From Takakia lepidozioides (taxonomy: Eukaryota; Plantae; Bryophyta): DNA of 64,000 nucleotides. The stretch covers positions 94,116,001 through 94,180,000 of the forward strand of contig CM060731.1 of NCBI GenBank assembly GCA_030704615.1, in the 5' to 3' direction. Position 1 is the first letter of the stretch; every line of letters begins with the position of its first letter. Positions 54,189 to 64,000 of this stretch are shown in pieces. A model generated the notes under the pieces. The model was not told the DNA's origin and made no database searches. It saw only the letters and a list, made by a program, of their open reading frames with translations. Both the position numbers and the translations under genes were made by a program.

Positions 54189-55068
54189 CACATCAGTCAA
54201 TTTGAGCATATGTGTATTGTGAACAATGAGAATGGCAATGATGCCAAAATGAGACTGTTTCCTTGTTCACTTATAAAGAAAGCAAGTGAATGGTATGCAA
54301 GATTCCCTAATAATCATTTCCTAACCTGGAATGGCCTCAGTACGGCATTCCGAAACAGGTTCAGGACAAGCAAAATCGAGGATGAAGTGTATGTGAGTTT
54401 ACAACAGTTAAAGCAAAAGAAGCATGAAACTGTTGAGGAGTACATGGAAAAGATGGAGTTGATGATGAAAAAGTTGGCTGCTGTATCAGCACCAGGGTTA
54501 CAGGAAGACCTGGTTTGTGAGTGGATTAAGACCGGAATTACAAAAGAAAGTGGATATGCTACCCCATAATATAGTGGAGGAGACATTTGAAACGGCCAAC
54601 AGAATTGAACAATTAGGAATGCTCAGGAGAGAGAAAATGGAGGATGAGGACTCTGAGGATGAGTCAGATGGGGAAGAAGAGCAAGAGCTCAAAAGGAAGA
54701 GTAAGAAAAAGGAAAAGTTGAAGAGGGAAAACTATGAGAAAAGACTGGAGGAGATCTTGAAGAAGTATGCCACAGAGGCTGCAACACATTGGAGGAAGGG
54801 TGTATGGTGTGCAAAATGCCAGAATGAAGGCCATACCACAGCTGAGTGCCACATGAAGGAGAAACATTGTACTCTCTGTAAAATGGATAACCATTCTACT
54901 GAGAATTGTTATTACAACAGAAGGACAGCTGCAAGAGAACCTAGCCAAGTAAGGGTGCATCAAGTGCAGCCCCAGCCAAGAAGGAACAGTGATCAAGACC
55001 ACTATGGTAGGCCTGGTAGATATAATAACGGTATGGCAGGGAGAGGTAATCCAAGAGGGAATTACTAA
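54189..55068 (+). pseudogene. Gag fragment of an unrelated LTR retrotransposon
   Basis: MRLFPCSL..ASEWY..TWNGL..F..RF and LKQKKHETVEEY, with two Zn knuckles CAKCQNEGHTTAEC and CTLCKMDNHSTENC. AG-rich and frameshifted. Confidence 0.8.
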
Positions 55069-55094
55069 GGAAATCCCAGAGGCAACTATCAGAA

Positions 55095-56230
55095 ATATGA
55101 CTTTCAGGTGGTACATCGACCCGGTCTAGTCAATCGGGATGCGGATGGGTTGAGTCGCAATCCATGCACGAGCCAGCAGGATGACACTGGAGCTCGGTGC
55201 CATGGTGAGACGGACGAGGAGATGGTGCCCGGATGACATGCATCTGCAAACCTTGCCATTGCACAACATCGTGATACGTTGAGGTATGCTACCATACGTG
55301 GTGGGGGCTATCGTCCTGGGGTTCGGAGATTTCACCTTGGTGACTATGTTTATCTGCAGCAGACTGCTCCAACGACCCTGGATGTGACTGCAGGACGTGT
55401 TATTTTGAGGGTTCGAGAGCTATTGCCCTCAGGCGTCCTGATCTTGGAGGGTCGGGATGGCATGACTTGGAAGGACCATGTGCGTAATTGCGCGCCATGT
55501 CACCTTCTGAATATCGATGGCAGGATTGACCCAAACGTGGCAGTGGTACCTGCAAGTTTGAGCTGCATGTTGTGTGGGTCTGCTAGAGGGGCAACCACCA
55601 TGCTGGTGTGTGATCGATGCTCTAGAGGTTGGCATATGGGATGCTTGACTCCACCTCTTGAGATGGTTCCTGATGGGGATTGGTTATGTTCGCATTGCAT
55701 TGGATAGTGGGAGTGGATACAACCATGGAAGGCTAACAAGAAATGCAAGGTCAAGCTACTATGAGACCAACACACGAGATCCTGGCTCAAGTTCACAGAT
55801 TGTAAGACGACGACTAACGATGGGGCTACTCTTGTACCCGGCCTCTTGGTCTATAGAATTTGAGTACAATAGGGATAGTGATAGAGGACTTATTACGGTT
55901 GTGGCTATTACATCTTGTAGCTATCTGGAGTTAGAGTGACCTAACCACCAGCTAGGGGGGCGATTGTGGCAGACTACTTTATTGTGCATATATGTGTGGT
56001 GTGGTTTGGACAGCGATGTAGTTGTGTAGTGATACGTATGCGCACGACAGCTGTCAAGTTAAATAAACACAGTGTGAAACTAACTAGAATAAATCTAGTT
56101 ATTTGTATTTAACAATTGGAATTAGTTCAAGTGTTAAGTCAGGTGTCAAGTTTAGCTTGACACCTTAACCATCTTATCTTCACGAGCTCGTCGGTCGTGA
56201 GAGATGAGCCTGCACTACCGAGCTCCCTCG
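55095..56230 (+). mobile_element. Internally deleted PHD-Gypsy subfamily 3' fragment: RH tail fused to INT C-terminus/PHD, then PPT, A (55965-56049), gc, truncated B
   Basis: YDFQVVHRPGLVNRDADGLSR, then a PHD ORF at 55279-55707. Terminal sequence gctaggggggcgat|tg...gcacgaca gc tgtcaag. Confidence 0.85.
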
Positions 56231-57785
56231 TGCCTGTCACAGCCCCTCACAGCCCGTCACAGCCCCATCCATGGCTGCTCTGGCAGTTTAGCCATTTCTC
56301 CAAGGGGTTTAGCCACGCCAAGCTAGGGTTTGTGTCTCTTGGACTCTAGGCTTCTTTCCACCGAGCTATGGCGGCTGTGAGGAAATCAGCAAGGTATTCT
56401 TGCTCTTTCGGCTCCCACACACCACCATAGTAGCCCTAAGCCATGAGGTGGTTGCCACAAACCAAGCCTTCTTTCTCACATAGCCTCCCCAAACACGCCA
56501 CTAAACTCAATGGCAAACAACCAAGCCCTGCTGGTTCCCAGCCCTTGTGAGCACTCATTCAAGCACTCTCCTTGGCCATAGCATCTGTCTTAGAGCCTAT
56601 TCCAGCCCTCTACACCTGTTGCTTCAAGAGTTGCGCTCCCTTCAAGCTTGAAGTTGAAACCCCAACTCACATAGGCCCTACAAGTGCTTTTCTTTCACTC
56701 CAAGTGGAAACCAGCCCTAGACCTTCCGTTCTAGCTCTCTAAGGCTTGAAAACAAGAGCCTCAATGGGCTGAAGGCATGCTCCACACATGCCCCACTCTC
56801 ACCATAAAAGAATCAGCTCCTTTGCTTCATTTCTTGCACCCACAAACCTAAAAAAACAAGCTTCAGCAGGCTGAAAGCATGCTCCGCCTGCCCTACAGGG
56901 AAACCAGCCCCTTCCTTCCTTTCTTGCACTCCCACACCTGAAAGTGCAAGCCTTCACCAGGCTGATAGCATGCTCCACACATGCATTGCCCTCACATAAG
57001 GGAAGTCAGCCCTTCCCTCTTCCTTGCTTGCCCTCCAAGCTTGAAGATGGAAGCTTCAATGAGCTGAATACATGCTCCACACATGCAACCTCTTCACACA
57101 AGAGATATCAGCCCCCTATCTTGGCTCCTTGATGCTCTCTAAGACAAGACTAAGCACTCCACAGCCCTTGCCAAGCTCCTGAAACCGTAAGGCTTATATT
57201 TCCAGCCACAAGACACTCCTCTTTGGTGCAAGAACTTTTCTTCCAAGCTCTGAAACCCTAGGTGCACATTCCATGGCCTTGCCGCACCTCTTAGCTCCTG
57301 TTCCAGCCCCGCTCTTGCCATGGCAAGAGCCCTCATATCGCTGGAGTTTCAGATTGAAACCCCCAACTCAACATAGCCACAAATGCATCTTGCATACAAG
57401 AGAAATCAGCCATCTCTTTTCACTCATACCTCCTTATGAGCTTGAAGTTGGAGCTCCCGATAACTGTGACTTACATTTAACACCCTCGCAGCTCCACATT
57501 GCTGCAGCTCCTTAACTTGGCCTGCAGCTGAAGAAGACGACCACCAGGAGTAGCCCAAACTTGGTTGCCATAGCGTTGAGCTATGCAACGCCGCTCTTCA
57601 ACATAGGCTACCCGCCTCTCTATCCATTGCAAACCTGCAACCTGTTCGCCTTTGCACTCTATCCACTTTGGATAGGCTCATGCACGGATCGCTGCACTCT
57701 AGGCTGAACCGCTTCTCATGAAAACACAAGTGCTACAAAGCAACTCGAACCTGGCACTCACAAACTCGAGCTGATCTTTCTCGAG

Positions 57786-58112
57786 TGATAAAGAAGAAGA
57801 ATACAAGCACAAGCTCATGCGAGCTCACAAAGCTGAAGCATAAACTCAGGCATATATAACCTCATCACTCAAATACAAGTCAAGCCAAGTGCACCCCACA
57901 CCATGGGGAATCCACACTACGGCGCCATAGCTAGGCGCGGTGAGGCTCAACTCGAGAAAGATGAGCCTCCCGCGCTTGCCGTGAAGATAACCACTCCAGG
58001 GCCTAAATCTGCCTTGACCCCTGGATTGACACTTGGGCCAATCCCAAATGTCAATATGTAAAAGCTAGCTATTTCCTAGCTAGTTTCACACTAGTGGTAA
58101 AATAACTTGACA
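57786..58112 (-). repeat. 5' terminal B repeat of DNMT-Gypsy copy 2
   Basis: Near-identical to 42781-43107, with no A repeat outside it. Confidence 0.92.
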
Positions 58113-59833
58113 CATGGTTAAGTCGTTGCCCTCTCAGAGTTTCTCGTTTTGTCAATTCCTAGTTACACTAGTGTGTTCCCTTCTGCTTCGGATAAATTCT
58201 CGGGTATGACTCCATCCTGCCTTGCCCCAACCCTAAGCCCAAGACCAGATAGAATATTTGGGATGACGTGGGTATTAAACAGTATTTCTATGTTCTTACC
58301 AGGTGCTGCTAACCTGAGACATCATGGGGTTTCATTGTGGCACCATTTCATCAATGCACATGCTGGCAGCACTGCCAGCTTCTTTTATGTCATGCCATGT
58401 TCCCGCTGCAAGGTGGGTGCCATGCGATTGGCCTTATCACACTATTACAAGCCAGAGCTGATGTTTAGCCGATATTTCTAATGCTCACCTTTGCAGCTCA
58501 ATAGCTATGAGGTAGATGGTTATGAGTGTTGAAACCTGCAAATGTTGACCTCCAGATGACTAGAATAAGAGAGAATAATTGTACAAAACGCTTGCCAGCT
58601 ATTTTATCACTTCATATTCTTTGGTTGGAAATCCATTTTCGAAATGTACGCCGTTATATGTTCTCAGATATTATGTGGTTTTTGACCTATTCACCTGGGA
58701 AAGACCCTGACTAGACATAAAAAGGCAGAAGGGTTGAAAGCCAGTGGGCACGCACGGCGAGGTTCAGAACTCAGTTTGACAGTATAAGCTTGGTCCTCTG
58801 TATTCTGCAGTAAGTACCAAGTTCTACATGGAGTAAATAACATTGTGGCTACACATGCCCAACAATCAAGGCAACTCAAAAGTACACAGCAACTGTTGTT
58901 ACATCAGATTCATTTGGGTTATTGCAATTGACAAACAAAGTCTTATAAGTACATTCTCAGCAGGTAGCAGAATAGTTGGTCTCAACTGTTAGATGTTGCT
59001 TCCCTTCATCTCTCTCTGCCCACTGCTTCTTGACTGGACAGGGAAAAATACTTCAACCCTACAATTGTTTATGACCACCTAGGCGAGATATTTTCAACTC
59101 TTATTATTGGGAGTTTTATCACAGATATGCCATATTTTTCATGAAAGTGAGAGGCGTGGAGTACTTACGAGCTCGTCCGAGACCAGTTCGGAAATTGGAC
59201 AGAATAGACAATGTGCAAAAGATGGAACTTCTTTAGCTGGACATTTTTACTTGCGATAAGATGATTGTTGAGGGAAATATTTGTGTCAAAATCTGGGAGG
59301 CCTACAATTGAGGCTGTAAAATGTCAGGCTTGTTCAGGACCGATGCACATCATAAATCCTACTTAATACCCTAGCATACCAGCAGACCTCTATCATGGAT
59401 GGGAGTGCAGCACAGTGATGACTTCCACCCACTTCTCTCCATTTGTAATTTCTACTGAAAGGTTCTTTCATGTAAGGAATTTTCCAAGAATCGCCTGCAG
59501 GAGCCTAATATTTAACCTAACCCTTCCCCGTGGTGGATGCAATTGACTTTGCTTAACTATGTTATAAAATATTGGAGCTCCTCTTCGGGTTTACTGGTTC
59601 TTCCACTGCTGCATGGTGTGACTATTTGCATTGGGGCCTGTAGCAGAGGAGAGATACCGTAAACGAAACAGACAATGGTCTGCAAGATTTGCAAGATGTA
59701 CCAGTAAGTTATCTTGTCATAAACCCACTTTCTGTATCTGTAAAATCGCTTTCTAGATGTTATTATCTCGGGATTGTGCAATGTTATGTCATGTGCCTTG
59801 ATGTCTTTGCTCATGTGTTTGTACTGAAGTCCT

Positions 59834-60050
59834 TGTCGTGCGCATACGTATCGCTACACAACTACATCGCTGTCCAAACCACACCACACATATATGCACA
59901 ATAAAGTAGTCTGCCACAATGATATGAAAACTAAACTCACACTGTTTGAAAACACAGAAACACGAAATACAACACAATCACTCGTTAAAATAAGAGTCGA
60001 GCCAGGGGCACCCCAAGCTATGGGGACTCCACCCCACAACATCCTACTTT
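59834..60050 (-). repeat. Terminal A (59834-59918) and start of B of the same subfamily as 55965-56049
   Basis: tgtcgtgcgcatacgtatc...ctgccaca a tgatatg. A is the reverse complement of 55965-56049. Confidence 0.85.
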
Positions 60051-61009
60051 CCCTCAAGTATTGCCTTCACCTCGTACTCAGGTTCATTTTCATGATCCAA
60101 CAGCATAGGTGGCGAACGCAACACTTGATGTCGATTCGGACGCGCTTCATCTTTGAAGTAAGGCTTCAAAAGGGAGACATGGAATACTGGGTGCACCTTG
60201 CTGTTTGCCGGCAGCTCCAATTCATACACATCCTCATTCATAACCTTCCGAATGCGAAAGGGTCCCGCATACGGAGGTACGAACTTCGGACTCACTTCCG
60301 GAGGTAGTCGGAAATTCTTGATGTTCAACCAGACCTCTGTGCCTGCCTCAAACTTCACTTCCCTCCGCTTCCGATTCGCCTACATTTCATACCGTTTCCT
60401 AGCTTTGGCAATATTGTACTTTGCGAGCTTCAACAAACGCTCGCGTTCTTCCAGTACCGCCGCTACTGCCGGTTCCTCAACGTCCTGGGCGGCCCAACTT
60501 GTCGGCACCAGAGGTGCTTTTCCATAGACCAATACGAAAGGAGAAACTCCCGTTGCGGAGTGTTCTGTGTTATTATAACATAACTCTGCCGCGTCTAGGT
60601 GTTCCATCCAGTCTGATTGGTCTGCCGACACGTAATTCCGCAAGAATTGCTTCACTACGGAATTCACTCTTTCCGTTTGGCCGTCCGTCGTAGGTCGGAA
60701 GGCGGTGCTCATCTTCAACCTCCTCCCCATCTTCTTCCAAAGTGTCCTCCAAAATTTACACGTAAACTTTGGATCGCGATCCGAGACAATATCCTTCGGG
60801 ACTCCATGATGCTTTAAGACGTGGGCGAAGTAAAGTCGCCCTGTCTCCTGCGCCGTTGCCGTCTCCTTGGTGGGGATGAAATGGCCCATTTTATTGAACC
60901 TATCCACCACCACCATGATTACATCGAATCCTTTTGACAGCGGCATAGCAGTCATGAAATCCATCGAGACGCTTTCCCAAGTCCCCTCTGGAATCGATGA
61001 CTCGAGCAA
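60050..61009 (-). pseudogene. Chromovirus integrase fragment
   Basis: WESVSMDFM, VVVDRF, IVSDRDPKF and TDGQTERVN; near-identical to 1-560, with an internal stop. Confidence 0.9.
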
Positions 61010-61099
61010 CCATGGAGCTGTCGAAAGATACCATCAGTCGCTTGGTGGAAGCGGTGGTCGCCAGGACTTGCAAGGTAGGCAACTATTCTTGTGAGTTGT

Positions 61100-62901
61100 A
61101 TCAGGAAACTGGCGCCCTGCGTAAATTCAGTTATTGTTCGTGGATGGGATAATATCCGGAACTAATGTGTCGTTGTTGGTGGACACAGGAGCGTTGCACT
61201 CCTTCATGACACCGGCGGCGGCGCGAAAGTTGGGACTCCCGACAAGTGACGTGGGGGCCTCTATTGAGGTGCGTTCTGCCAAAGGAGACCCACAGTTGGC
61301 GACAAGGTTGGCGTTTGATGTTCCTCTTCAACTGGGGAGTTAGGAGGGACGTGAGAACTTCACCATCTGCGAGATCGATGGAGTGGATCTCATTTTGGGG
61401 ATGACATTTTTGAGCAAATCCGGAGCGGTCATAGATGGCCGCAAGAGAGTGATCACGCTGCCATGTGGGAATGATGGCGAGGTTTTACGAGTGTCGGAAA
61501 CACCCAAATCCGTGGGAGGGCGAATAAACCTTCTGTCAGCAAGGGAGTGGGCCGTGGAGGAGGCACACGAGCCCCAGTTTTTGCTTTACATTAGAGAAGT
61601 GAAGGGAGAAGGCGATGGGGAGCCGAGCCCAGATTGGATCAAGGGGATCTTGGAGAAATACCGGGATGTGATGCCGGAGGTTGAGCCACAGGGAGTTGGT
61701 CGAGCTGAAGACTCAGCTCAAGGATCTAATCTCAAAAGGGTACATCCGGCCGAGTAAGTCACCTTACGGAGCCCCGGTGCTATTCACAGACAAGAAGGAT
61801 GGGACGCTGCAGATGTGTGTCGATTACAGGGCTTTGAATAAGGTGACTATTAAAAACCGGTACCCTTTGCCAAGGATCGACGACCTTTTCGACCGGTTGG
61901 CATGAGCGAAGTATTTCAGCCGGATCGACTTGCGCTCCGGCTATCATCAAATTCGGGTGGCGAAAGGAGATGAGGAGAAGACCGCGTGCAGGACAAGGTA
62001 TGGTTCATATGAGTTCTTGGTGATGCCTTTTGGGCTCACTAATGCACCGGCGACCTTTAGCACGCTGATGAACAGCCTTTTTCAGGAGTGGTTGGATGAC
62101 TTTGTGATCGTGTACATCGACGACATCTTGGTGTACTCGAAAACAAAGGAGGGAACACCCTGGAGCACCTCAAAAGGGTGTTCCAAAAGTTGCGGGAAAG
62201 GAAGCTGTACGCCAAAGCTTCAAAATGCGAATTCGGGGTCACAAAAGTGGAGTTCTTGGGGCATGTGATTACACAGGATGGGATCAAAATGGATGACAGA
62301 AAGGTGAGGGCGATCTTGGATTGGGAGCCTCCGACTTCGGTCCCGGAGTGCGATCCTTCCTAGGACTCGCCTCCTATTACCGGAAGTATGTGAGAAATTT
62401 CGCCAAGATCGCGGGGCCGTTGTCGGACCTTCTGTGTAAATCCAAAGTCTGGGTATGGAACACATTTTGTGGCCAAGCTTTTGCTGAATTGAAGCAGCGG
62501 ATGGCGGAAGCTCCAGTCTTGAAAATCCCGGAGTTTCGATCGTCCATTTGAGATTCATACAGATGCGTCGGACTTCGCGATTGGGGGTGTACTTATGTAA
62601 GATGAACGTCCAGTGGCTTACGAAAGTAAGAAACTAAATGAAGTGGAGGCCGACGCACAAAAAAGAGATGAAGGCGGTGGTGCACTGTCTTGAGCTTTGG
62701 CGCCACTATGTTGGTTCCAACCCAGTGAAGGTGTTCACGGACAATGTCACGGTGAAGTATTTGCCACGCAGCCCAAGTTGTCCCCAAAACAACTTAGGTG
62801 GCAAGATACTTTGGCGGTATTCGACGTGGATATCCAGTACAAACCGGGACGAGACAACGTGGTGGCCGATGCTTTAAGTAGAAAGCAGCAGCTCTTGTTG
62901 G
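61100..62901 (+). pseudogene. Chromovirus PR-RT-RNase H, degenerate, running into an assembly gap
   Basis: [50 protein letters not shown] and NVVADALSRK, with stops and frameshifts. Confidence 0.92.
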
Positions 62902-63401
62902 NNNNNNNNNNNNNNNNNNNNNNNNNNNNNNNNNNNNNNNNNNNNNNNNNNNNNNNNNNNNNNNNNNNNNNNNNNNNNNNNNNNNNNNNNNNNNNNNNNN
63001 NNNNNNNNNNNNNNNNNNNNNNNNNNNNNNNNNNNNNNNNNNNNNNNNNNNNNNNNNNNNNNNNNNNNNNNNNNNNNNNNNNNNNNNNNNNNNNNNNNNN
63101 NNNNNNNNNNNNNNNNNNNNNNNNNNNNNNNNNNNNNNNNNNNNNNNNNNNNNNNNNNNNNNNNNNNNNNNNNNNNNNNNNNNNNNNNNNNNNNNNNNNN
63201 NNNNNNNNNNNNNNNNNNNNNNNNNNNNNNNNNNNNNNNNNNNNNNNNNNNNNNNNNNNNNNNNNNNNNNNNNNNNNNNNNNNNNNNNNNNNNNNNNNNN
63301 NNNNNNNNNNNNNNNNNNNNNNNNNNNNNNNNNNNNNNNNNNNNNNNNNNNNNNNNNNNNNNNNNNNNNNNNNNNNNNNNNNNNNNNNNNNNNNNNNNNN
63401 N
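62902..63401. other. Assembly gap (500 N)
   Basis: Run of N. Confidence 1.
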
Positions 63402-64000
63402 CGGGCGTCCCCTGTTCGATATTCGGTGCCGAATTCCTTCCTTCCGGGGTTGAATGTGACGGCCAACTGCATGCCACTCCCCCCTCCCCGACTGCATCCG
63501 AACCGCCCCGGATGGAAATTCGGCGCTTTCGTTTTTTTTTCCATCTGGGGATGTTTTTATGCGTCCAGTTTTCGGCCTGACCCCCCCGACACGACTCCCT
63601 TTGGGGCCCGGATGGAAATTCGGCGCCGAATCTCCCATCCAGGATATTCTCTGTCGCACACACTCCGGCCTCTGCGCCCGAGGCGACTTCATCCGGGCTT
63701 CCTCTGTTGGATATTGGGTGCCGAATTTCCATTCGGGGTAGTATGTGAGGGCACGGTGCCGGCTTTCCCCCTTCAGCCGTCATCATCCGGACGGCCCCCC
63801 CACTTTCTGACTGCATACCGTTGGCAGTTATTGCGCAAAGACCAGGGGCCGCATTCCGGAGACAAGGTTCATTAACACTCTCTGACTGGGATTTTTGAGA
63901 TAGTTGGCTCCCTGGATTTGGATCAGGCTTCGTCGCTCGGACAAATCGGCATCGCATTCATTCCCATCGCTGCACCCCCTTCTACCAGGGAGCTTCCCCC

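Larger units (their letters stand above)
42596..58112 (-). mobile_element. Near full-length DNMT/PHD Ty3-Gypsy element (copy 2) with split terminal repeats, interrupted at 52440-56232
   Basis: Ends are TGTC...GACA, flanked by catg at 42592-42595 and 58113-58116. Domain order is gag-PR-DNMT-RT-RH-INT-PHD. The 5' end is B only (57786-58112); the 3' end is A-B-A. Confidence 0.92.

Noticed and set aside
42596-58112. DIRS/Ngaro assignment based on split repeats plus a methyltransferase
   Set aside because: The element has a protease, Gypsy RT/RH and an HHCC-DDE integrase. No tyrosine recombinase is seen, and the MTase is C5-type rather than DAM-like.
58300-59710. Possible minus-strand exons with AG/GT borders
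   Set aside because: No recognisable protein family and no frame-consistent gene model could be built.
62697-63957. ORFs of 265-392 aa
   Set aside because: Artefacts of reading through the N gap.

Overview
TE-dense eukaryotic DNA, most likely a non-seed land plant. This is inferred from the spliceosomal introns, decayed PLS-type PPR fragments, Tcn1-like chromoviruses and a homologue of a conserved plant membrane protein. The window holds one multi-exon host gene (33.6-41.5 kb, minus strand, At4g16180/KNS3-family-like) with two late nonsense codons. It also holds a MULE transposase gene with a SWIM finger, non-autonomous MULE, CACTA and piggyBac-like elements, and chromovirus fragments. The standout is a Ty3/Gypsy family present as at least six pieces. 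It encodes Gag-PR-[DNMT3-like cytosine methyltransferase]-RT-RH-DDE integrase-PHD finger. Its termini are not ordinary LTRs but split, permuted repeats (B...PPT-A-gc-B-t-A), seen completely in three diverged copies and partly in three more. It has a 4-bp CATG flank and no tRNA PBS; the PBS position is instead complementary to a hairpin loop in its own LTR. Together these suggest a self-primed retroelement that carries its own methyltransferase and integrates from a 2-LTR circle opened inside the LTR. All calls were made by eye, so domain boundaries are approximate.
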